Notes under the pieces: generated by a model
Database searches by the model: none
What the model was told of the DNA's origin: nothing
Seen by the model: only the letters and a program-made list of their open reading frames with translations
Shown: in pieces, positions 23,140-33,157 of the stretch
How the letters are laid out: each line of letters begins with the position of its first letter
Numbering within the stretch: the first letter of the stretch is position 1
Assembly (NCBI RefSeq): GCF_006345805.1
Contig: NW_021832329.1
Coordinates: 1 to 33,157, forward strand
Direction: 5' to 3'
DNA: 33,157 nt
Origin: Octopus sinensis
Lineage: Eukaryota
Position numbers and translations under genes: made by a program

Positions 23140-23310
23140 CGCAAGGACAGCAGTTTAGCAGGTAGGGAGTAAGTCGATTATATCGACCCCAGTGCTCAAC
23201 TGATACTTATTTTATCGAACCCCGCAAGAGGATGAAAGACAAAGTCGACCTCGGCGAAATATGAACGTAAAGACGGATGAGATGCCGCTAAGCATTTTAC
23301 TTGGCGTACA
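23140..23310 (-). mobile_element. SINE family A
   Basis: aagtcgattatatcgaccccagtgctcaactg...caaagtcgacctcggcgaaat. Confidence 0.7.
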
Positions 23311-23325
23311 AAAATTTATAAATAA

Positions 23326-23723
23326 CTAGCAGTATCGCCCGGCGTTGCTCGGGTTTGTAAGGGAAATAACTATATAAGCGTTTTTAGAGATGTAAAGTAT
23401 AATAGCCATCTCAATATGGCTAACCACAAAGGGGGGGGGGGTTACTGTAGCTTTTTACGTTCTGAGATTTAATAATAAATTTTTAGAGAGTTACTTCCCT
23501 TATATATGCCAAAAATGCATTAAAAATGGGAAAAATTGATGGTAAATTTTTTTTTAAATCGTAGACTCATCGTAGTCGCGCGCTAATACCCAGAAGGGCT
23601 CGATATGAATCACGACTATAAGATACTCGGTTTTGGTTAAACTGCACCGCAAAATGTGGGAGTAGTTAGGAATCTAAATCGTAGGAGACAGACAGCACAC
23701 AACCTCTCTTTTATATATAAAGA
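23326..23723 (-). mobile_element. Complete non-autonomous Helitron (398 bp)
   Basis: Minus strand: A|TC 5' end at 23723; hairpin cccgagcaacgccggg (23338-53); CTAG|T 3' end at 23326; no TSD, A|T target. Confidence 0.85.
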
Positions 23724-23837
23724 TTATTAAGATAACAAATTACTTGAATCTTTTTACATAAATTTTTTTTTTGAATTTTCATAAAAAATTTTAAACAATA
23801 AATTATTACATGATTTTTATATCTTTACCTCTATTTT

Positions 23838-24020
23838 CTGTTTTACTCGTATCAGTCAGTCAACTGAAGCCATGCTGGGGTATCATTTTGAAGAGTTTAA
23901 TCGACCAAATCTACACCGGAACATATTTTCTTAGTCTGGTCTCTTTTGTTGAACCGCTAGACACACAAACTGCGATTGTCATGCAGTGGAGGATGACAAG
24001 CATAAAGACACACACATAGT
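23838..24020 (-). mobile_element. SINE family B 3' fragment, degenerate
   Basis: gccatgctgg...tctcttttgttgaaccgct. Confidence 0.55.
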
Positions 24021-24190
24021 TACATCCATACATAAACGTTTGTGTGTATATATATGTGTGTGTGTGTGTAGTTTGTTTTTATGTTCATTTATAATAAAAA
24101 CAATTTTATATTAACCTGAGGAGGTCACTATACTTTTGTGTGTGTGTGTGCGTATATATATGTGTGTATGTGTGTGAGAGAGAGAGAGAG

Positions 24191-24251
<61 letters not shown>

Positions 24252-24510
24252 AACGGATGAAATTAATTAGTAAACAATTATATGATAAACGATAGTTGAA
24301 ACACAGCACGATGGACGTAATCTGTTTGTAAGGATTGGTTCTTCATTGATTGCCATTATGTAAAGATGAAAGAACAGTGATTGAAGTATTGAAGAAAATA
24401 TTTATTTACCGTTACATCGTATATATCTTGCCTCGACAGGCAGGTGATAAAATCCTAGAGCGTGCGAAGTAAAATTAGATGTGTTAGATTTTCCTTGTAT
24501 AGTTTTTTTT

Positions 24511-24723
24511 TATTTCTTTATTGTCCACAAGGGACTAAACATAGAGGGGACAAGCAAGGACAAACAAAGGAATTAAGTCGATTATATCGATCCCAGTGCT
24601 TAACTGGTACTTAATTTATCGACCCCGAAAGGATGAAAAGCAAAGTCGACCTCGGCGAAATTTGAACTCAGAACGTAACGGCAGACGAAATATCGCTATG
24701 CATTTCTGCCAGCTCGCCACCTT
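24511..24723 (-). mobile_element. SINE family A with alternative tail
   Basis: Reverse complement of the family A pattern ending ttctgccagctcgccacctt. Confidence 0.8.
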
Positions 24724-24781
24724 ATTTTGCCTTGCATAGTTTTGAGTTGACGGTTTCTATCCACAGATAGAGATAGAATGA

Positions 24782-25325
24782 TGTTGTAAGAGAACAGAAT
24801 TAGAGCTAGTGAAAGTTGTAGGGTCGTAGGAAGTTGGGTCTCATAGTTGCTGACAGTAAATTTTCATTTCTCCATTTGACCATTGTCTTTAGTAGCTGCC
24901 TTGCTTGTGATCATGATTCTAGCGTTCCGTTCCCTAACTGATGGTAGCTGTCTCTGACTCGAGTTATCATTCATTAACTAACTGATTGAGTTGACACGAG
25001 CCGACTGGGTTGTCACCAAGTGACTAACTGAGTTTTGCTCGGGGTTCTTGTTTTTATAACTATCCAGAAGGATAGGCATATCATTGAGAACAATGTGTTT
25101 CGTTGGTGGTACTTGTTATCTTAATTCTAGCTTTTGGTGAAATAAATGAGGTTAGAAAGGTTAAGTGGTGAAGATATTATTTCGGCCTAGCTAAGGCAAC
25201 CTGGCAAATGTAAAACTGGTGTCACAGAAAAAACTATGCTCCACCGTGAAAAAAGTTCTGTTGAACCGTTACTTGAAATTTGGCTTGGTGGATCGAATCT
25301 ATTTCATGCCTGCATTTCCACTACA
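24782..25325 (-). mobile_element. Candidate solo LTR
   Basis: TG...CA termini (tgttgt...actaca); minus-strand TATAAAAA followed by CAGTT/CAGTC initiator-like motifs; no clear TSD or AATAAA. Confidence 0.35.
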
Positions 25326-25383
25326 TATATATATATATATATAATATATATATATATATATAATATATAATATATATATATAA

Positions 25384-25466
<83 letters not shown>

Positions 25467-25769
25467 GCGATTCCAGGTCATCAGTGTCACTCGGGCTCAT
25501 AACAGATTTCGTCATTCTTGCTCATCACAGATTTCGCATAAGACACATGCCTGCTCGGAGAATTTCACATTTTCCCGCTTTATTTCTAGCCCCCAAATGG
25601 CTTATTTTTTAAACCTAGCACTGTGTCTTTCTCCATTTCTAAGTTAAGGGTAAAAATAGAGCAATCCTGCAAAATACAACTGATCTTTACACATGGAAGC
25701 ACAGAATAACAGCAATCAAATAACGACAGCGGAGTGCGCAACACACAAGTGATCTGACTGTCCCCTGTA

Positions 25770-26092
25770 CTCTTGACAAGAGATGCATGTTAGTCTTTTA
25801 CACCTATCAGGCTCGTTCGTATTACCCTGAGTTGCTGGATAATGCTTCGTCTCTTTAAAGATATTGTAGAACGGAAACTTTTCATAGATTGGAATTTAAA
25901 TCCTAATCTTTATAGAAATTTATTGTTTCAAGAAAACATTGAATTTGAATTACTTTTAATTTTTACGATTAAAGATAACAACTCGGACTGTACCTTCTCA
26001 ACTCGAGTCAGACGCGTGTGAACGATGTCTGAAGGTCTGCTACGATATTTTTTGATACAGAGCCCCTCTAAGACGACCGCCAGATGCTGAAC
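25770..26092. repeat. Orphan ~325-bp repeat, copy 2
   Basis: Direct repeat of 22591-22916. Confidence 0.9.
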
Positions 26093-26243
26093 AAAAATAA
26101 AGAAACTTCTATATATATATATGTATGTATATATATATACTTGCAAAAGGATTCGTGGCGTTCGATCATATAATAATATAAATACTATATAAAAATATGC
26201 ATATATGCATACATATATGTACATACCTACATATATATGTATA

Positions 26244-27086
26244 CTAGCAGAATTGCCCGGCGTTGCTCGGGGCTGAATTGCTTGAAAGTACTGTTAATGA
26301 TTGCACTGAATTATGATGATTATTCAGGCAAATATTGATATAAGCTTACGGTGGGAGATAAGGACTTAACTATCAAACGTGTGCCATTGCATTGTTTTGG
26401 GGGAACCAAATTTCTGATGAGCATTATAGGGGCACCAACTTTAAGTTTGAGAAAGTGTGGTGGTAGTCCGGGGTGCTCAAAGGAATTGAGTACCTCTATT
26501 GGATAGTTGATGACGTCCTCTGGGTCAGGAGTTGTATCGATAGACTGATATACATAGACTTCCCCAGGAATGAGTTTTAGCATTTCATCATTAATATGGT
26601 GAACAGTTTTATTCCTCGATGCCAGTATAGCCTTTTTGCCAATCCAATCCATATTCTGATAATTAGCTTGTAGATCTGGGAACACTGCATCTCTGAGATC
26701 AGAAGGCGTCTTAACAATGGTACAAATGGAATCGATGGCAATATTACCATTTTCATCCCCTGGTATTTTGCCTTCGCCAAGTGCAAGGAGGGTGTGAGGA
26801 AATGCTGCTGATGTGATATTACGTCGCATATGAGCACGCATATTGGTGTGAAGTTTGAGAGTTACTTCCGTTTATTTTAAAAAATATGCATTAAAATGGA
26901 AAAAATGATGGTAAATTATTTGTAAAATCATAGACTCATCGTAGACGCGCGCTAATACCCAGAAGGGCTCGATATGAATCACGACTATAAGATACCCGGT
27001 TTTGGTTAAACTGCATCGCAAAATGTGGGAGTAGTTAGGAATCTAAATCGGAGTAGACAGACACACAACCTTTCTTTTATATATAA
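26244..27086 (-). mobile_element. Helitron deletion derivative, same family as 23326-23723
   Basis: Same CTAG end and hairpin; ~220 bp of the 5' terminal region shared (26858-27086 vs 23507-23723); last few bases of the 5' end missing. Confidence 0.88.
26320..26862 (-). pseudogene. Helitron Pif1-family helicase fragment
   Basis: LKLHTNMR, AILASRNKTVHHIN, YQSID, YPIEVLNSFEHPGLPPHFLKLKVGAPIMLIRNLVPPKQCNGTRL. Confidence 0.92.
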
Positions 27087-27765
27087 TATTTTCGTCCTAA
27101 AAAACTTTGTATGGATTGAATGGTTACCTCTATGGAAATATATACACGCACATTATACATACATGTGTGTATAGATGAATATATAAATACATTTAAATAT
27201 CTATATACACTTTTGGGCGATCGTTCTGTTTCTTAGAGATAACTTTAGATCTTATTTTCGTGCTAAAAAACTTTGTATGGAATGAATGGTTACCTCTATG
27301 GAAATATATACACACACGTTATACATACATGTGTGCATAGATGAATATATAAATACATTTATATATCTATATACACTTTTGGGCGATCTCTGTGCTACTT
27401 AGAGATAACTTTAGATCTTATTTTCGTCCTAAAAAACTTTGTGCGGAGTGAATGGTTACGTGTATGGAAATATATACACACACATTATACATACATCTGT
27501 GTATAGATGAATATATAAATACATTTAGATATCTATATACACTTTTGGGCGATCTTTCTGCTACTTGTATATACTTTAGATCTTATATTCGTCCTAAAAA
27601 ACTTTGTATGGAGTGAAAGGTTACCTCTATGGAAATATATACACACACATTATACATACATCTGTGTATAGATGAATATATAAATACATTTAAATATCTA
27701 TATGCACTTTTGGGCGATCTTTCTGCTACTTGGATATAGGTCTTATATTCGTCCTAAAAATCTTT
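27087..27765. repeat. Tandem satellite, ~166-bp unit, 4 copies plus a partial
   Basis: ttcgt(c/g)ctaaaaa recurs at 27091, 27257, 27423, 27588 and 27748. Confidence 0.95.
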
Positions 27766-28099
27766 CCTGTCACACACTCACGCACACGCACACACACACA
27801 CACACACGCACCCTCACACACACGCACACACACACACACACACACGCACGTTAGCTTACAATTTTATTTATATATTTGCGTGTCTATGTGTGTAAAGAGG
27901 AAGTGGCAGACTGAAAGAGTCACTCACTACAAAAAGTGAATTACTTTCATTTTATTCGTTGCACACTGTCTGTGTGCGTGTGTGTGTGGTGTAGGCCACA
28001 CTAAGAGAAGCATTTGACTTATACACCACAATGTGAGTTTTCTCTAAATTTTGCTTAATTGGGGTTGAAATTTTAAAAACTGGACCTGGCACGACCCGA

Positions 28100-28211
28100 T
28101 GCATTCTACTCTTAAAAATGCTAGGTAAATTGTAATTGAAGAAATCCTATATTGTAGATTTCTATAAGATACAAAGGGAGGCAGATAAAATCTGCCTTTT
28201 ATAATAAGAGA
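28100..28211 (-). mobile_element. Probable 5' terminus of a second Helitron family
   Basis: Minus strand A|TCTCTTATTATAAAAGGC..., similar to A|TCTTTATATATAAAAG of the 23723 element; subterminal hairpin aggcagat-aaa-atctgcct (28179-97). Confidence 0.55.
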
Positions 28212-29384
28212 TATATATGCATATATTAGTACAGGACATCAAAACGTTGTTCGAAAACGAATTTTTTTTCGAACAACGTAAAAAAACCCCAGAGAAACGA
28301 GACATGCAACATAAAGAATATTCCCTTCATCAGTTGTCCTTGTTTCAGCTACTCCGCGTTTCAAATGCCCTGTATCCATATATGCATGTATATATACATA
28401 TATATGTAGGTATGTACATATATGTATATATGTATATATTTATATATTACTTATATTATACATACATACGTACATACATACATACATACATACATACATA
28501 CATACATACATACATACAAACATACATACATACATACATACATACATACATACATACATGCTGACAGTAAGGCATTTCCTTACATAACCAAGTGTAGCAA
28601 TTATTATTCGTAGAGATGTAAATTTGTGATCCAGATATGTGTGTATGTATGTAAGTAGGTAGGTAGGTAGGTAGGTAGGTAGGTATATGGAGAGGAACAC
28701 AGCAAGCCTGTAAACAAAGGATGGAGGAATCTCAGCTTAACACAGGGCAAGTTCATGCGGTGGTCTTTTTAGTGGCGCGATAAAAACATCCAAAGGCTCG
28801 AGTGCAACCTCCATTAAAGGTGACATCTAAATAACAGCAGGAGAATACCTAACAGTCTCTACATGGGTGGGCCCAGCCCCCTTACAACCTCAGGGACGAA
28901 CGGACCGAAACATTTGTATGACGTGAGCTTTTCCTCTGTAGTTTTTTTCCTGCTGTCCATTCACCTAGTAGCAAGTCTCCACTTCTCCACTTACTATATA
29001 TATATAAATATAAAAATGGAACAAATACGCAATACAGGGTATTAAAACGTTCGGACAGAAAGACGATACAAAGGCGGACGAGAGAAACAACAATTAGAAG
29101 GACAAGTAAAAAAATAAACGGGTCATTCTCGGCTTTCTTTCATCCGTCAAGTCCCAGAAGTCACGACCATTTCAGGTAGTTACACTTGAGATGGTTCGAT
29201 CTGGTTACCCCCCAAAAAGTCTAAGCTTTTAGACCCCTTTGTAAAAAAGCTAGCGGATGCGTACGGCAACAAAGACAAAAAAACAAATAAACAAAAAAAT
29301 GGAGAACATGGTACACAATAACGAATACAAACAACAAGAAATAACAACAGGCGTCTTTCGACTGAGAACGAATCAATTGGCGAT

Positions 29385-29545
29385 TTTTTTTTCTTTCTAT
29401 CAAATTTTCCTGTTTCTGAAGAAGAGTCTTGCTCGAAACGTTAAACTATCTTTCTTTCCTTCCCTGAGCGTCTGCTAATACTTTACATGTACCACGTCCT
29501 CGCGTTGTTTTTTTGTGTTTGTTCTTCGTTTTGGGGGATTTACTA
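29385..29545 (+). mobile_element. Short hammerhead-bearing repeat, family E (PLE-terminus or retrozyme-like)
   Basis: gttt CTGAAGA a gagt-ctt-gctc GAA ACGT T aaac at 29412-29446; homologous in inverse orientation to 31255-31470 and 31610-31815. Confidence 0.7.
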
Positions 29546-29570
29546 TATATATATGTATATTATATAATAT

Positions 29571-29619
<49 letters not shown>

Positions 29620-29621
<2 letters not shown>

Positions 29622-29865
29622 GTGCAGATGACACTGTGTGATAAGAAGATTGCTTCCCAACCCCATGGTTCCTGGCTCAATCTTGCTGCGTGGCAAGTGT
29701 CTTCTATAGCCTCAGGCCGACGAAAGCCTTGTGAGTGGATTTGGTAGACGGAAACTGAAAGAAGCCCGTGGTACATACATGCATACATACATACACACAC
29801 GCATGCACACACGCATACACACACACGCACACACACGCACACACACGCACACACATATATATATG

Positions 29866-29926
<61 letters not shown>

Positions 29927-30140
29927 TGTGTGTGTATTTGTGTGTCCGTGTTTGTCCCACCATCACTTGGCAACTGATGTTGGTGTGTTTATGTCCCCTT
30001 TGTGGTTCGGCAAAATAGACCGATAGAATAAGTATTAGGCTTACAAATAAGTCCTGGGGTTGATTTGCTCGACTAAAGGCGATGCTCCAGCATGGCCGCA
30101 GTCAAATGACTGAAACAACTAAAAAAAATAAAGAGTAAAA
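29620..30140 (+). mobile_element. Near full-length SINE family B with internal compound microsatellite
   Basis: tRNA-like head aggtgcag..., ggtagacggaaactgaaagaagcccgt, microsatellite, tail ...ccagcatggccgcagtcaaatgactgaaac. Confidence 0.85.
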
Positions 30141-30160
30141 GAAGGAAAATATATATAAGG

Positions 30161-30361
30161 CAGTGCTTTTCAAACGTTTTGCTGGAGCGGAAACCCAAGG
30201 AAACATTCCACTGGCTCGAGGAACCCCTGTGCAATAATTTAATAGTCTTATGCACACATATCTGCACAGGAGAATTAAAAATTACTGCCGATTTTAGCAG
30301 TTTTGTAACTTCTTGCGGAACCCCTGGACCGTAGTGGCGGAACCCTGGTTGAAAACCACTG
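30161..30361. mobile_element. hAT-superfamily MITE (201 bp)
   Basis: TIRs cagtgcttttcaa / ttgaaaaccactg; perfect 8-bp TSD atataagg (30153-60 and 30362-69). Confidence 0.9.
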
Positions 30362-30368
30362 ATATAAG

Positions 30369-30550
30369 GTATTACTTATGTCCACTTTAATGTAGCTGTC
30401 CTCTAAGAGACGACGATACTGCCATTTAACCCCAGGAAGACATCTCCTCCAGCTAGTTTGTTCAGTGCGCTGGAGATGTTTTTCTGAGGTTAAATGACAG
30501 TATCATCGTCTCTTAGAGAACAGTCACATTAAAGTGGCCATAAGCAATAC
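30369..30550. repeat. 182-bp foldback palindrome
   Basis: Arms of ~83 bp pair with ~10 mismatches and a 3-nt indel; central loop tagtttgttcagtgc. Confidence 0.92.
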
Positions 30551-30618
30551 TTTTTGGTTTGTACGCTGCTTCTACTTCGAACAGATTTTCTTACTAGCTT
30601 CATCTATCTGTCTGTCCG

Positions 30619-30677
<59 letters not shown>

Positions 30678-30707
30678 GTCTGTCTGTCTGTCTGTCTCTC
30701 CCTCCAC

Positions 30708-30775
<68 letters not shown>

Positions 30776-31213
30776 ATGTATGTATGTATGTATGTATGTA
30801 TGTATGTATATATATATATATAAACATATATACACACACAGACACACACACACACACCACACACATACACACACACGCACACACACACACGCGCGAGGGG
30901 GTACTGAAAACTTCCTGTCTTTGGATAAAAGAAAGTTTAGGATTTTACTCTTTGCAGTAGTTCTTCAGTTTTACTAAGCCCTGTAAAAGAACTCGGAAAG
31001 TTGGGCCTCCAACTGGCCTTTCGCGATACCCTTAATGCCGGGAACTATACAACACCCCTCGTATATGTATGTGTGTATGTATGTATGTATGTATGTATGT
31101 ATGTTTGTATGTATGTATGTATGTATGTATGTGTGTATGTATGTATGTATGTATGTATGTATGTATGTATGTATGTATGTATGTATGTGTATGTGTATGT
31201 ATGTATGTATGTA

Positions 31214-31246
<33 letters not shown>

Positions 31247-31254
31247 ATGTATAT

Positions 31255-31470
31255 AAAGTTAATCCAAACAAGAAAGCACAAAAAAAACACAACAACGCGA
31301 GGACATGGAACAAATATAGTATTATTGGACGCTCAGGAAGGAAGGAAGGGAAGAAGGAGGGTTTAACATTTCGAGCGGAGCTCTTCGTCGGAAACATAGG
31401 AGAAGGAAAGATCCAGAGAAGGGGAGACAGAGGAAAAAAAATCGCCAACGGTACACACGCGGTCACATTA
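31255..31470 (-). mobile_element. Family E hammerhead-like repeat, tandem unit 1
   Basis: Motif at 31361-31395 on the minus strand: gttt CCGACGA a gagc-tcc-gctc GAA ATGT T aaac. Confidence 0.7.
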
Positions 31471-31564
31471 TATATGTGTCTAGGTAGGTAGGTAGGTAGG
31501 TAGGTAGGTAGGTAGGTAGGTATACGCATATGTGAGTGTATGTTGATATATATATTATATATAT

Positions 31565-31609
<45 letters not shown>

Positions 31610-31614
<5 letters not shown>

Positions 31615-31811
31615 ATCCAACATGAAAACACAAAGAGGAAACACAACAACGCGAGGACGTGGACACAAATATAGTATTATTGGACGCCCAGGAAGGAAGG
31701 GAAGAAGGAACGTTTAACGTTTCGAGCGGAGCTCTTCGTCGGAAACATAGGAGAATGAAAGACCCAGAGAAGGGAAGACAGAGGAAAAAATCGCCAAAGG
31801 TACACACGCGG

Positions 31812-31815
<4 letters not shown>
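31610..31815 (-). mobile_element. Family E hammerhead-like repeat, tandem unit 2
   Basis: Motif at 31712-31746 on the minus strand: gttt CCGACGA a gagc-tcc-gctc GAA ACGT T aaac; direct repeat of unit 1, period 351 nt. Confidence 0.72.
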
Positions 31816-31858
<43 letters not shown>

Positions 31859-33157
31859 ATATTATCATTCAACTACTACCGTAGTTGAATGACATTCTTA
31901 AAACCGCAATTTACTCACAGGCAGTATCTTTAGAGCTTTGTCGCTAATTCAGTTCTTGACCAAATTGAAAATTGTTAACATTTTGGAAGAGGACTGGTCC
32001 CTAGCTACATTTTGGCATTAAAAAATTGAGATTTGGTCCAGTAGAAAAAAGTTTACATCGAAATTTGTAGCAACGTTATAAGAAAGTAAGTAATGCCTCC
32101 AATCAAGTTTAGATCTAAATAACTTTTTTTATTTGAAAAGCAAAATATATTTATCTTAGCTTCAATGGTAGAAGAAAGCATAAGGAATTTCATAGCTTTA
32201 GTCCCATGCAACAAAAATTTGTATCAAAAAAGTTGTGCGGTAAAATATGATGAAAAAAATAAATAAATTAGGCAGAAAATTGGATTTAAGTATAATTAAG
32301 TTTATTATTTTTAAAATAAACTATATTTTAATTAAGCTTAAATGATAGAGCTCAATTCGAGGAATTTCATGGTATCAATCTCATGCAATGAAGTTTTAAA
32401 AGAAAAAAGTTATGAGTGTTTGTTTCTCAAATTTGAGGGTGATATAGAGCTCTATACTTTTTTATGAATATAATCCTATAAGGGGGCTTTTAATAAAAGT
32501 CACCGGCATCATTGAGGTAATTTTCAATAAGGTAAAATCATAAATTATTAATTGACACATTATTAATTAGTATAATAACATAGCCTGGAAAAAACAGGGA
32601 TTACATGGGAAAATGTGAGCAAGAGAAATAATATTTTTAGTTACAAGAAAAGTTTTACTTAAAATATAGCAGTTAAGGATAAAATTTGAATATTAAAAAT
32701 CATTTGATTTTAATTTACAAAGTAACATTATAATTTTGTTAAAATATTGACACACTAGAATACTTAAAAAATGAGAGCCAGAAGTACCAATATAGCTAAA
32801 GTTTTATGCAAAGTAGAATAGTATATATGGTAGAGAGATTCTTTATGTAAAAGATGGGCATTGGGTCAAGACTAAAAATGTGAAGACTTGGCAATAACTT
32901 AGGCAATAACTCATGCAAATTTTACTGTGAATTTGTTGGTAGATTTTACTATAATATATAACTATTTTTGCATTGTTCTATTTATTGTACTAACTAATTA
33001 TGTGCTACTATTATTATTTATAACCTATTTTCAAATTTCTAATTATTAATTAGTAATAAAAAAATGAATTTTTTAAAGTGCAAAAAATATTTTGAGTTAT
33101 TTTTAATTTTTGATAGAAGTAATAACTTGTAATAAAATTTTTAGTTTTAATAAAAGC

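Noticed and set aside
25928-26224. Similar ORFs at 22749-22997 and 25928-26224 suggesting a conserved peptide
   Set aside because: Similarity comes from the two copies of the 325-bp repeat; starts lie in unrelated flanks
27087-27765. CRISPR-like regular repeat
   Set aside because: Whole 166-bp units repeat with no unique spacers; eukaryotic context
31870-33157. AT-rich terminal stretch resembling a long non-autonomous DNA transposon
   Set aside because: No termini, TSD or coding motif identifiable within the window

Overview
Repeat-dense, AT-rich eukaryotic DNA with no complete host gene. The microsatellite load and three tRNA-headed SINE families suggest an octopod cephalopod (Octopus-like); this is inferred from recognising the repeats, not from a search. 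The family labels A-E used below are my own. The centrepiece is a 5'-truncated Penelope-like retroelement (PLE, 12087-14512, + strand, Naiad-like signatures). It has an open RT frame (FDI..FY, MGS, YRDD) and a GIY-YIG endonuclease frame, separated by an (AAT)n poly-Asn tract. Its 3' pLTR holds a complete minimal type I hammerhead ribozyme, with an inverted, core-truncated copy at the 5' end. A second family of short non-coding repeats carries an even smaller hammerhead-like motif: one copy at ~29.4 kb and two tandem copies 351 nt apart at 31.3-31.8 kb, a retrozyme-like layout. Also present are two sibling Helitrons (one with a Pif1 helicase fragment, abutting a 166-bp satellite and a second Helitron-like 5' end), a mariner deletion derivative and a hAT MITE with a perfect 8-bp TSD. 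There are two ~180-200 bp foldbacks, two solo-LTR candidates and an orphan 325-bp repeat. An ETS/YY1-rich promoter-like island lies at ~21.7 kb, and two candidate minus-strand exons belong to an unidentified gene.
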